DNA of 64,000 nucleotides from an uncultured Planctomycetia bacterium. GTDB taxonomy: Bacteria; Omnitrophota; Gorgyraeia; Duberdicusellales; Duberdicusellaceae. The notes beneath the pieces are model-generated. The model was given only the letters and a program-made list of their open reading frames with translations. It did not search any database and was not told the DNA's origin. Below, piece by piece: positions 9,174-18,865 of this stretch. The position numbers were made by a program, and so were the translations under genes. Where the stretch lies: the NCBI GenBank assembly GCA_964634935.1, contig CAZWJT010000008.1, positions 26,063 to 90,062 on the forward strand. The letters are read 5' to 3'. Every line of letters starts with the position of its first letter. Positions within the stretch are counted from its first letter, which is position 1.

Positions 9174-10313
9174 TTAAAATTTAACATTCATCCCGGCTGA
9201 AACCGTATTCCGCTTATATTCCCTGCCTGAATCATTGGAAGAGGTTTCCGCGTAAGAATAGGAAAGCGTTCCGACCATGTTGTCGCGAAGATCATAGGAA
9301 ATCCCGAGAGTCCCTCCCTGGGTAATATCAGTAATCCCGGAACCTAAAAATTCTCCTTCACCGTAAAAACCAGAAAGATTAAGCCGTAAACGCTCAAGGA
9401 GCTCTCGGCCCCAGGCAGTAGAAATTCTCCAGGAATTAAAAAGGTCTTCCCGGTCGGATGCCGGAGCATAGTTACGCAGATAGGAAATCGACCACGCTGT
9501 TCTTTGATCGAGCTCGTTGGTAAAGCCAAGCTGAAAAGCAGGCTTCCGGTATCGTTCACCACTGTAAGAATCAATAAAATCAATGCCGCTCCGCAGGTCA
9601 AAATAAAGCTGGTTGGTGAGATAATACCTGCCGCCTAAGGTGAGTGAATTGGTAGTCGCGTCACTTCCGGGCTTCAGCCAGCGCCTGGAAAGATCGTATC
9701 CAAAGAGCATCAGAATTTTTGAGCTGAACGCATAGTCGAATTCCACACCACCTCTGTGCTCATAGGAATCTATTTGGTCGGCCCTTGAACGGAGATTAGT
9801 ATCATAGGCATAGCGACCTAAAACAGTGAGCTGCTTGGTGAGGTCGCGGCTATAATCTAAAGAGGCGGTATTGCGGCTGTAGCGGTACCTCCCGACAGTT
9901 CCGCCAAACTGATCATCAAAACTATTCGGTTCATCCGCCCTGCGGAAGCTATCGCGCAACGTAAAACGGTCATATTTGGAAAGTTCTTGGGTAAGATTCA
10001 GCAAGAAGCTCTGGGATGTATTGTTAAAATCATTGTAGGTATCATATGAATGCCGGGTTACTGTGCCGGAAAGTTCAAGCAGGCGGTTCTTTGTTTCCGA
10101 ACGGGCTTTCAGCCCAATTGATAAATCAGTCCTCAGGTCATCTTTTGGATTCACCGAGGCAGAGGTGATATTATCATCGTAGGTTTCCCTCAAAGAACCG
10201 GTAAGTTCAAGGTCTACGTCACCAATGGTATAAGCAAAGGCATGAGCCGAAAGTAAAGACACCGTCCCGGTGATAAAAAAAACCCATACCTTTCTCTTTA
10301 TCATGCTTACCAT
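9174..10313 (-). CDS. Outer-membrane beta-barrel protein (second OPX partner candidate)
   Basis: Signal peptide ...FFITGTVSLLSAHAFA. Amphipathic beta-strand pattern and a C-terminal ...AGMNVKF. It sits immediately downstream of the priming transferase. Confidence 0.6.
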   Translation of the reverse strand: MVSMIKRKVWVFFITGTVSLLSAHAFAYTIGDVDLELTGSLRETYDDNITSASVNPKDDLRTDLSIGLKARSETKNRLLELSGTVTRHSYDTYNDFNNTSQSFLLNLTQELSKYDRFTLRDSFRRADEPNSFDDQFGGTVGRYRYSRNTASLDYSRDLTKQLTVLGRYAYDTNLRSRADQIDSYEHRGGVEFDYAFSSKILMLFGYDLSRRWLKPGSDATTNSLTLGGRYYLTNQLYFDLRSGIDFIDSYSGERYRKPAFQLGFTNELDQRTAWSISYLRNYAPASDREDLFNSWRISTAWGRELLERLRLNLSGFYGEGEFLGSGITDITQGGTLGISYDLRDNMVGTLSYSYAETSSNDSGREYKRNTVSAGMNVKF

Positions 10314-10447
10314 AATATGTCGCGGAAATTTGAAAATCAGAAATATCCCAAAACGAAGTGTTTATTATACAATAAAAGGGAGATTTTGGCAAGATTATTG
10401 CGCTTTTTGAGCTGAAACTAAAGAAATCAACAAATAATCAAGTAAAA

Positions 10448-10867
10448 TCAACCTATTTTGAGCACGCAAATTCCAGCAACAACGAGAACTGCTCCAAGCA
10501 CTTTAAGAAAGCTCAGCGGCTCTCCCAAGACAACGACTCCGAGGATAAAAGCAATGAGCGGGTAACTCGCGGAAATCGGAACTACCCGCGACATCTCTCC
10601 AAGCTGTAAACTGTGATAAAAACAAATCTGGGCAAGAAAACTCGCCAAAAATCCGCCAAGAACAAGAAAAAGAGCACCCCGTACATCAGCTACCTTAACC
10701 TGCTGTGTTTTAAGGATAAATCCGAGCATCATAAAACCAAGAACAACCCCGAAACACCGGTAAAATAATCCGATCATAGGAGGAATCTTGGTCAGCCCGA
10801 CTTTCTCAAGAAGCGGAACCACGCCCCAAATAAGCGCCGTTACAACTGCCCAGCTGAACCAATTCAT
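10448..10867 (-). CDS. Small DMT/EamA-like 4-TM membrane transporter
   Basis: 139 aa with four predicted TM helices and an EamA-like pattern (WAVVTALIWGVVPLLEK...). Confidence 0.65.
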   Translation of the reverse strand: MNWFSWAVVTALIWGVVPLLEKVGLTKIPPMIGLFYRCFGVVLGFMMLGFILKTQQVKVADVRGALFLVLGGFLASFLAQICFYHSLQLGEMSRVVPISASYPLIAFILGVVVLGEPLSFLKVLGAVLVVAGICVLKIG

Positions 10868-10928
10868 GCCAACTCCTTTTTTAATTGTTTACTTAATAGC
10901 TTGGCGCATGAATGCATCAAGCATGGTA

Positions 10929-13900
10929 TTATTCGGGAAGAGACCCGTCGTTTACTTTAATCACAAATCCATCGCTGTGAGCTGTCATCTCCGGAGCGTA
11001 CATAGACTGAAGCGTCGCAGCACCAACCCGATATACGCCGGCTTTTGTAGGCTTCAAGCGGTACCGAACAACATACTCGCCGTGAGGAATCCAGCTAATA
11101 AAAAAATTAGTTAAAGAATCCCTCGGCTCTTCATAGAAAGAAAGTGGATCATACTTCCAGCCGCTCAACAATGTCTCCGCCTCAAAACCGGCCGGCTTGG
11201 GATCTTTTAAGTGCATATATTCAAACTGGCTGCGGGTATTCAAAGTAAGTTCGACTTCAACCTGATCACCCACAGACACTTCCCCGCCGAAGGCAAGCGG
11301 CTTTAAATGGTACCCGTCTTCTTCCTTGACTCTCCGGTAAAACACGCGCTTGAGCGCAAGTAATCCCGGCATAGAGGCTTCGGGTACCTGGTCAGTTGAA
11401 TATACCCACGTAAGACTTGTGAAGGCAATTCCCGGTCCTTCTTTTTTAACGGTCACCGAGGTATCAACCCCGCGAATATCGGATCCATTCTTCTGCCAAC
11501 GAAGCGGTTTTTCCAGCCAATCATCAGCTTTTACCAGCAGTGAATCGCTCACCCCTCCCCATTGAACTAAAAACTTTTCGTCAGCGCCAAACGCCCCTTT
11601 GGCATTTAAAAAATCAAGGAGTGAATAGATTGCGGCGGCGGAAGCCTTGGTCGACTTCCATACCCCTGCTTTCCGGCTAAACAAAAGCCACTGAACCATA
11701 CCTGGAATCCGTTTATCCTCTGGCCTTAATTCCTGCAATGTCTTGAGCAAAAACGCGTGTTTTTCCACAGTATCTGAATACCAGACCCAGGAATATTTTT
11801 CTGGGGTCCAGTATACTCCGGCTATCGGGTCTTCCCGCGCTCCGTCTAAAGCCATATCCAAAATTTCTTCTGCCCGTTTTCTGTCGCCAAGCCGAAGATG
11901 AACATACGCAAGATACGCTTTTCCGAAAGGAGTCAGCGCAGCTGAATGCTTGTCCAAAAATACAACCCAGGAACGCGCCGCATCAAAACCAGCCTTGGCC
12001 TGAGGAAATTCCTGAACCGAGAAAGAAGTCACAACATACGCGGCATAGGCCACGAGCGCAAGATAAGAATCTTCCGCTTTTAGTTTCAGCGGTATCTCTT
12101 GATTCACGTAAGCAAGAGCTTTTGAAATAACCTGCCAAGGAACTTCCACCCCATACCTGCGGGCATGGGCAAAACCGTCAAGTACATAAAGGGTGATGTA
12201 TGGATCTGCGGCTCCTCCCGGCCACCAGGGAAAAGCCCCGTTGGGAAGCTGGGACATTGAAAGCCTCGCAAATACAGAATCTCTCTGCTCTTTTACTATT
12301 TCGGGATTCAAAAGATCTATAATCGGCCACGGAGTCGGCCGTCCTTTTGACTGCCACATCCAGGGAGTTTCTAAAAGCGTAATCAAACGGGTAGGGCTAT
12401 CCTTTTCCCAGGCTGGTGACGGAGTCATTCGCGTTGGAATTTTACTGACCGCTCTTTGCAGATCCGGATATTTCTTATAGACTTCATTCACGATGCTAAG
12501 CGGAACATACTTATTCAGCATCTGCTCAACACATTCATAAGGATATTCGATAAGGAACGGGATGCTGTTTAAAATACTCAAGATAAGCTGCGGTTCAATC
12601 TGTAAGACCATCGATTCATTCTGCCGGGTCGGATCAGCTTTCAGCTTTATCTCAATTTTTTTCTCTCCGGTTCCCGATAGCAACCCGAATGTCGATTCAA
12701 TCAGCCGCTCCCGAGAAGAAAGAATAGGAAGCATTCTCTCCTCCGCGTCAGAAAGCTTTCCGGAAATCGCCGCAACCCGTACTTTGTACGCAGAAACCCC
12801 TTCGGGTATCTCGACCGGAAACTGAAAATTCTGGAGGCTGTTTGGTTCTACAAAAAAACTTTTTTTCGCTCCGGAAATCTTTAATGCGTCGTTTATATTT
12901 TTCTCTCCGTCAAACACTTCAAGGGAAAGCTCTCCCCTGAGAGCTTTCCCTGATTCATTGTGCACAACCGCCGTAAGCGTTCCCTTGTCTTTTTCTCTGA
13001 AAAATCTGGGAATATCAGCCCGAACCATTAAGTCTTTTCTGGTCACAGCCTCTTCAGCTGCTGTTCCTTCTTTTGCATCCTTGGTAAAAGCAAAAATCTT
13101 CGCTCTCCAGCTCGTTAGCTGCTCGGGAGCAGTAAAAGAAAATAACGCTTTACCGTCTTTGCCGGTAATAATGCTCGGTTTAAAAAACGCGGTATCGGCA
13201 AATTCTTTCCTGGATTTTACTTGCCCGGAAGATTGTTGTTCGCGTAAGTTACTGCCTGCATAACCGCTCTTCCGATCTTTTTCCCCGTTGCTTACTTCGG
13301 CCATTTTAGAGACTGTACCCAAACACAGACTATCGGAATACCCCTCATCTTTACCGAGACCGCGCCGTAGGCCTAGCCAGCTCCTCCAAGACCGTAAAGA
13401 TGGAGGCTGAGGAACTCTATCTTTTTCCCGGAATGAACTAAGAATTTTTTCGAGCATTCCCTCTGTAATTGGCAATGAGCTAAAATAGGGAATAAAAGCT
13501 GAATGCTGCATTAATCCGTAATACGTGTCTAACGCATAGAGGGAATCAAGCCACGGATGTTGAGAAACCGCGTAGTATTCAAGCGAGCGGTCATACATCA
13601 ATGCGAGCGCCTCTGCTTGTTCGGGATTTCCACGATCGTCTTTTACTTCAATGCCCCACGCAGTTTCTTTCCCGGGAGCAAGTTCTTTGGTGAAAGGATT
13701 TATGATAACCTGCAATTTCTTTTCAGGCCATGGCACCGAGATTGTGACCGCTCCGGAATGCGTCTGCCCGTTTTTTACCCCAAACCAACGCAGAGAAAAA
13801 CCGCCCTTCATTTCTTCGGTTACCGGAACCTCGAGAACCTGGACAGGAAATTTTCCGGGTAATAGTTCATTACGCAAAAAATATCCGTTTGCCCATAGTT

Positions 13901-16900
13901 CAAGACAATAGATCCCCGAAGCAAAACTTGAGCCGATGACAAATCGGGCAATATCACCAACCGCGCATTGCTCTTTTTCGCTCAGCATGACTGAAGCGGC
14001 ATTCACCGGAACCGCAGACTTTGGGTTTTTTGCCACAACAAAAATCTTACTCTGCTCTACTTTCTGACCCCAGGGATCTTCTGTTCTCTCGGTAATCCGA
14101 TAGACACCCTGTGGTAATTTACTCAGTTCAATCTGTGCTTTTCCATCTGCGCCATGTTCAAGAACGCCTTCGGTAATTTTTTTATCATTCGCAACATCCT
14201 TTAACTGCAAATCAAGCGGAGGCAGCCAGTGGCCAGGCAGATTCCCGTATTCTTGCGAATAACCAAATCCGAGTTCGTCGAGCGATTTAGCCGGAGTATC
14301 GCTTAAACGAAAAACCTCATAACTGCCTGATGCGCTCAAGGGAGTTTCATTTAAGGTAAGCAGCGCCGAAGAAATCCGGATAGGCTCATGCTCAAAGAAA
14401 AATCCTTTTTCAGGTTCAATGACAAAATACAACGCCTCTTTTCCCGCGGTGTAAGCCTGCTGAGCGGTAATCGTCCTTCCTCCGGCATCGCGGCCTTCAA
14501 CTTCGATGATGAATTGAGAAATATCCGGCAAGGCATTCCCTCCGTACATTGCCCCCTGCGGCACTGGCGTAAAGGGTATGAAAAAATTCCCCTGGGCGTC
14601 TGTTTTTATATCTCCCGCGACAAGATCCTGCGGATAGTCAGAATAGGATTGGACCCAATGGCGAAAACACCAGGGAAGATAAAATCGTTTTTTGATCCGG
14701 TATTTTACCGGCGCGTCAGGAACAACGCCTCCAAAATAATACCGCGCCTTACCCCGGATGGTAACTGGCTGGTTATATTTCCAGGGCTCAGACGCCTTTT
14801 CAAGAATGATCTCGAACTCCGGGCGCTTATATTCTTCCACGACAAAAGGTATCCTGGTGACATTGCTATAGCCTTCCCCGGCAATCAGGACACTTATCGA
14901 ATAGTTCCCAAGGACTCTGCCTTTTGGAATTTGAAAGGCCAGGCTCTCGCTGGCAAACTCTCCCAAAGGAATCTCCTTGCTGAAAAATTCTTCACTATTG
15001 GGATCAGACGCTGAAATCTTTACCGTGCCTCCTTGCAGAGTCCGGAAACCCTGAGGCGTACGCCACATGCCAATCGCCTTAACGTTCACAGTATCAGAAG
15101 GCCGGTAAATCGGCCGGTCGGTTTCCGCGAACACAATGATTGGATTGGGAGGTTCATAGAAAAAATAAATGTTGTTTCTTAGGTATGCAGACGCTCCTTT
15201 GTGGCGCGCAAGCGGATCAAGAGAATATCGCGTATCAGCTTCGGGAAAAACAGCGACTGGAACAGACAGTGACGCAAACCCGCGCGAATCAGCTTGAGAA
15301 TCGGCTGTTTTTTCTACGCTCCCACTATGGTTTAGATCACAAAGTAAACTGGTAATTTCTGCTTTTTCTATTGGCTCTCCGGTTTGCAGGTTGAGGGCGT
15401 AGAACCGGAAAACCGCGTCATCAATCTTTTCATCCTGAGTGTTCTTCTTGCTTAAGTATTGATAATACGCGGTACGCGCTTTTGTAGTTTGCCCTTGGCT
15501 TATCAACAGCGCAAAATCGGTGATATTCAAAAATCCTGCCCAAACGAATTCACTCCCAATGGAGAAATTACGGTTGGGGCTGGCAAGGATCAAAAAGACA
15601 CCTAATGGTAAATCCGGCGGCAGCGCAACCTCAGAATGGATAGCTTTGTAATTTTCGTATTTGGGAATATCAAATACCCAAGTCTTACAATAACTCTTCT
15701 GGGTTACATACTTCTTCACCCACTCATTCTCAGGATTATTCAGCAACGAAGACCACCCGCGAACATTCTTCCGCTCAGAAGCTTCTTGGCGGTACAGAAC
15801 CTGCGGATCAATCTGGTAAGCGCGAAAATAAATTTTCTTGATATTATTCGTACTTAAGAAGAATGTCTGCGGCCGGTCTGATTGAGCCGCAAGTACCCGC
15901 ATATGAAAAACCTGCAACTCTATTTGCTGGCGACGGGCGCGGGCTGTTTTGCTGGAAAAAGTACCCGGGAACGTCCGTTCAATCTCTTCGTAGAGATTCA
16001 CCGCCTCAGCGTAACTCTGTAAATTTTCGGCAAGAATCCCCGCTTCTAAACCGGCTTGCGCCTTCGCCGCTGCGGTAGAAAAATCGCGCATCCATCGCAG
16101 TAGAATCGCTTTTGCTTTCCTGCGCGCAGCTTCAATATCCTTAAAATCATACAAATGCGCATTCTGGAACGGGAAAATGAGGCGTTCAATTTCCCATCGT
16201 TCTCCGGCTTCAAAACGGACCGCGCTCCGTAAACGGCTTGCTTCCTCAATAAGTTCAAGCGCAAGCATCCCTGGCGAATCCTGGATATCCACCGGAAGAC
16301 GGAAATTCTCTACTAAAAATATATCTTCCTGTGGCCGGGGCAAGTCACGCATATTCTGTGCGTCCTGAAGAATAAAATGGATCCAGCTGAAAATGACATA
16401 ATCAAAAAGGGTGGGATACATTCCAAAATCTACGCCCTCGATCTGAAAAAAATAACCCTGAGCCCGCAGATCGACTTGAGCAAGCTCGCGGGACATACGG
16501 AGTAATGCCTGATAGGAAGATATAATCTCTTTTTGAAGCTGCTTTGGCGTTAAGCGAAATACGTCGGTCTCCCCCTCCCGGATGTCCGTTGACTGAATTG
16601 ATGAATATTGAAGAGAGAAATTTTGCAGGATTTCAGCTTTTAAGACTAAAACAAGCGCTTTATATGGCATCCGCTCTGGAAGCGTAACCTGGAGAACCTT
16701 CTCAGCAGCTTCTCCGTACCGGTATAAATGAGCAAGTGAATCACAAAGACGGAAAAAAGCCTTCCAGCGTATTTCATCGCGTGCGCTTTCTTGAAAAATC
16801 TTTTCATAGATGTTAGCCGCTTCCTGAAAAGCACGATTTTCAAAAAGCTCGTCGGCTTTGGTCAACTCCGCAGCAAATGAAGATGAAAAGAAGCAGAAGA

Positions 16901-16937
16901 AAACTACACTCAGAGAAATTACCAACCATCCCCGCAT
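10929..16937 (-). CDS. Bacterial alpha-2-macroglobulin family protein (thioester-containing), 2002 aa, with N-terminal TPR-like extension
   Basis: Signal peptide MRGWLVISLSVVFFCFFSSSFAA. Thioester motif in ...IPFLIEYPYECVEQMLNKYVPLS... (CxEQ). The size and MG-like repetitive beta-domain character fit. The N-terminal roughly 300 aa is TPR-like (ADELFENRAFQEAANIYEKIF...). Confidence 0.85.
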   Translation of the reverse strand: MRGWLVISLSVVFFCFFSSSFAAELTKADELFENRAFQEAANIYEKIFQESARDEIRWKAFFRLCDSLAHLYRYGEAAEKVLQVTLPERMPYKALVLVLKAEILQNFSLQYSSIQSTDIREGETDVFRLTPKQLQKEIISSYQALLRMSRELAQVDLRAQGYFFQIEGVDFGMYPTLFDYVIFSWIHFILQDAQNMRDLPRPQEDIFLVENFRLPVDIQDSPGMLALELIEEASRLRSAVRFEAGERWEIERLIFPFQNAHLYDFKDIEAARRKAKAILLRWMRDFSTAAAKAQAGLEAGILAENLQSYAEAVNLYEEIERTFPGTFSSKTARARRQQIELQVFHMRVLAAQSDRPQTFFLSTNNIKKIYFRAYQIDPQVLYRQEASERKNVRGWSSLLNNPENEWVKKYVTQKSYCKTWVFDIPKYENYKAIHSEVALPPDLPLGVFLILASPNRNFSIGSEFVWAGFLNITDFALLISQGQTTKARTAYYQYLSKKNTQDEKIDDAVFRFYALNLQTGEPIEKAEITSLLCDLNHSGSVEKTADSQADSRGFASLSVPVAVFPEADTRYSLDPLARHKGASAYLRNNIYFFYEPPNPIIVFAETDRPIYRPSDTVNVKAIGMWRTPQGFRTLQGGTVKISASDPNSEEFFSKEIPLGEFASESLAFQIPKGRVLGNYSISVLIAGEGYSNVTRIPFVVEEYKRPEFEIILEKASEPWKYNQPVTIRGKARYYFGGVVPDAPVKYRIKKRFYLPWCFRHWVQSYSDYPQDLVAGDIKTDAQGNFFIPFTPVPQGAMYGGNALPDISQFIIEVEGRDAGGRTITAQQAYTAGKEALYFVIEPEKGFFFEHEPIRISSALLTLNETPLSASGSYEVFRLSDTPAKSLDELGFGYSQEYGNLPGHWLPPLDLQLKDVANDKKITEGVLEHGADGKAQIELSKLPQGVYRITERTEDPWGQKVEQSKIFVVAKNPKSAVPVNAASVMLSEKEQCAVGDIARFVIGSSFASGIYCLELWANGYFLRNELLPGKFPVQVLEVPVTEEMKGGFSLRWFGVKNGQTHSGAVTISVPWPEKKLQVIINPFTKELAPGKETAWGIEVKDDRGNPEQAEALALMYDRSLEYYAVSQHPWLDSLYALDTYYGLMQHSAFIPYFSSLPITEGMLEKILSSFREKDRVPQPPSLRSWRSWLGLRRGLGKDEGYSDSLCLGTVSKMAEVSNGEKDRKSGYAGSNLREQQSSGQVKSRKEFADTAFFKPSIITGKDGKALFSFTAPEQLTSWRAKIFAFTKDAKEGTAAEEAVTRKDLMVRADIPRFFREKDKGTLTAVVHNESGKALRGELSLEVFDGEKNINDALKISGAKKSFFVEPNSLQNFQFPVEIPEGVSAYKVRVAAISGKLSDAEERMLPILSSRERLIESTFGLLSGTGEKKIEIKLKADPTRQNESMVLQIEPQLILSILNSIPFLIEYPYECVEQMLNKYVPLSIVNEVYKKYPDLQRAVSKIPTRMTPSPAWEKDSPTRLITLLETPWMWQSKGRPTPWPIIDLLNPEIVKEQRDSVFARLSMSQLPNGAFPWWPGGAADPYITLYVLDGFAHARRYGVEVPWQVISKALAYVNQEIPLKLKAEDSYLALVAYAAYVVTSFSVQEFPQAKAGFDAARSWVVFLDKHSAALTPFGKAYLAYVHLRLGDRKRAEEILDMALDGAREDPIAGVYWTPEKYSWVWYSDTVEKHAFLLKTLQELRPEDKRIPGMVQWLLFSRKAGVWKSTKASAAAIYSLLDFLNAKGAFGADEKFLVQWGGVSDSLLVKADDWLEKPLRWQKNGSDIRGVDTSVTVKKEGPGIAFTSLTWVYSTDQVPEASMPGLLALKRVFYRRVKEEDGYHLKPLAFGGEVSVGDQVEVELTLNTRSQFEYMHLKDPKPAGFEAETLLSGWKYDPLSFYEEPRDSLTNFFISWIPHGEYVVRYRLKPTKAGVYRVGAATLQSMYAPEMTAHSDGFVIKVNDGSLPE

Positions 16938-17048
16938 CCTCGCCTCCTTTGATAATCTCCAAGGAAAACCGGCGCCCGATTCAAAAGCGCAGTTAGAAAA
17001 ATTCTATCACTTTTCCAGAATCCTACCAACTATTTATTGATGGTTGGC

Positions 17049-17528
17049 TTAATATACTCTTCTTCCTTCTTGGCTCATCCAACGCTCAAAAAGTACAAGA
17101 TTTTCTGCGCGGAGAAAATCTTTTTTGATAAGGATCGTACTTTTCCCCATTCGTTTCATGACCTGGTTTGATAAAAGTAATTCCGAGAACCCACAACGCT
17201 GAGCGTCCTGAATACGCGCGCCATAGACAATCTTAGAAATTTTTGCCCAATGGCAGGCAGAAAAACACATCGGACACGGCTCACAGGTTGAATAGAGAAC
17301 ACAACCGGAAAGATCGATGGTTTTAAGCTTCTTGCAAGCCAGACGGATCGCAATGATCTCAGCGTGAGCAGTGCTGTCCTGTGTCGCCCAAACCCGATTA
17401 TGACCGACACTAATAACCCGGTCATTTTTACGGATACAAGCGCCAAACGGCGATTGGTCTTTTTTTAAGCCTTGTTCCGCATTCTGAATGGCAAGCTTCA
17501 TGAAAAAAGCATCATCGCGGGAATGCAT
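17049..17528 (-). CDS. CMP/dCMP-type zinc deaminase (TadA/guanine deaminase-like)
   Basis: HAEIIAIRLACKK...CEPCPMCFSACHWAKISKIVYG carries the zinc-ligand motifs H-A-E and PC-x-x-C. Confidence 0.8.
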   Translation of the reverse strand: MHSRDDAFFMKLAIQNAEQGLKKDQSPFGACIRKNDRVISVGHNRVWATQDSTAHAEIIAIRLACKKLKTIDLSGCVLYSTCEPCPMCFSACHWAKISKIVYGARIQDAQRCGFSELLLSNQVMKRMGKSTILIKKDFLRAENLVLFERWMSQEGRRVY

Positions 17529-18159
17529 GCGGTTTTTCTTTGAGTAAATTTTTCTTTTCTTGGAAAAACCCTATCAAAGCAGGAACCCAGCAGAGATTTG
17601 CAGCGATAGTTTCACAAGCAACGAAAACTTGGCGGGTAGGATGAAAACCGGCAGAGCGAACAAGAAAAAGGCCCACCGGAACGACAAGAATAACCAAAAG
17701 ACTGGCAAGCATAACCGGATTTTTGCGATAACTCAGCAACGCCTTTGGAATTGATTTCTCCTGCTTATAAAAAAATATAAATCCAGCAATATTTGCACCA
17801 ATCTGATCAGACATCGCATAGAAGTAAGGAACATAAAAACTCTCGGATGCATACATATCCACTCCAGCGAATCTGCTCAACCAATCCACAAACCAGGGGA
17901 AAAAGATACCCAGAAATTTTCCCCAACCATATGCTTCAGCAAAAGAACTTTTCTTTTTGAGAAACCTCTGTCTTATCGAGAAAACACCCTCAAAAATACT
18001 TTCGCCTTCTCCGGAAAAAACCCGGACCAGCCATTCCGTAAACCAATACCTCGGGTATTTAAGCCAGTCAAAAAATACCCCAAAAAATATCCCAAAACCG
18101 TATCCACACAGGGTAAAACCCAATAGCTCTTTAAAGTTAGATTCTTCTCGCTGGGGCAT
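17512..18159 (-). CDS. Hypothetical integral membrane protein
   Basis: 215 aa, aromatic-rich, several predicted TM helices. Overlaps the deaminase start by 17 nt. I recognise no family. Confidence 0.5.
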   Translation of the reverse strand: MPQREESNFKELLGFTLCGYGFGIFFGVFFDWLKYPRYWFTEWLVRVFSGEGESIFEGVFSIRQRFLKKKSSFAEAYGWGKFLGIFFPWFVDWLSRFAGVDMYASESFYVPYFYAMSDQIGANIAGFIFFYKQEKSIPKALLSYRKNPVMLASLLVILVVPVGLFLVRSAGFHPTRQVFVACETIAANLCWVPALIGFFQEKKNLLKEKPHAFPR

Positions 18160-18249
18160 AAACCAAATCTTTCAGAATTGTCACTCGTTTACAAGGCGAA
18201 TACGGCAAAAAGATGCGGAGGGAAACAATCGGCAATCATCCAAAAGAAG

Positions 18250-18861
18250 TCACTTTCCAAAGTGCTTCTCAATAAATTCCTTCATTACCCGGGTGGCTTC
18301 ATCCTTGCACTGGCCGCAGACAGTCCCGAGCTTGGTATGTTCCTGGAGCTCCAGAAGCGTCCGCGCCCCCTCAAGAACGGCATGTTCAATCTCAAAATCA
18401 GTAACATTCATACACTGACAAATAAGCCGCGCTTCTTCTTTTTCAACCTTATCGCCCATTCCATGTTTTGCGTAATAATCGTTGATTGCCGCGCGGAGCG
18501 CTTTATCCCCAAGAACTGAACAGTGAATTTTATGATCAGGCAGTCCGCCTAATTCTTTTGCCACATCTTTGGGGCTGAGCCGAAAAGCCTTGTCAAGCGG
18601 CATGCCTTTTACCATTTCGGAAAGAACGGATGTACTGGCAATGGCACTGGCACAACCGTAGGTTTTCCATTTACAGTCAAGGATAACCCCTTTCTGCCTA
18701 TCGACCCGGATCACTACCATCATTTCATCCCCACATTTCATATTTCCCACAAGCCCGCTCCCATCGTATACGGTCGTATCGTCGTCACGCAAAACGTTCC
18801 GGGGATTCGTAAAATGGTCTTTGAGTTTTTCGGTATACACCCAGTTTTGTTTTTGTTCCAT
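18250..18861 (-). CDS. nifU: NifU-type Fe-S scaffold (IscU-like N-domain plus central BFD-like [2Fe-2S] domain)
   Basis: NPRNVLRDDDTTVYDGSGLVGNMKCGDEMMVVI...YGCASAIASTSVLSEMVKG...HCSVLGDKALRAAINDY, then CQCMNVTDFEIEHAVLEGARTLLELQEHTKLGTVCGQCKD. The likely start, MEQKQNW at 18861, overlaps the nifS stop. Confidence 0.85.
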   Translation of the reverse strand: MEQKQNWVYTEKLKDHFTNPRNVLRDDDTTVYDGSGLVGNMKCGDEMMVVIRVDRQKGVILDCKWKTYGCASAIASTSVLSEMVKGMPLDKAFRLSPKDVAKELGGLPDHKIHCSVLGDKALRAAINDYYAKHGMGDKVEKEEARLICQCMNVTDFEIEHAVLEGARTLLELQEHTKLGTVCGQCKDEATRVMKEFIEKHFGK

Positions 18862-18865
18862 AACA

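Noticed and set aside
14388-15014. 208 aa plus-strand ORF, and many 60-150 aa ORFs such as 1984-2205 (Arg-rich), 17957-18418, 31993-32445, 43201-43542
   Set aside because: They lie antisense within long, well-supported genes (A2M, OPX, ATP synthase alpha and others), have biased low-complexity composition and no RBS. They are artefacts of open antisense frames.
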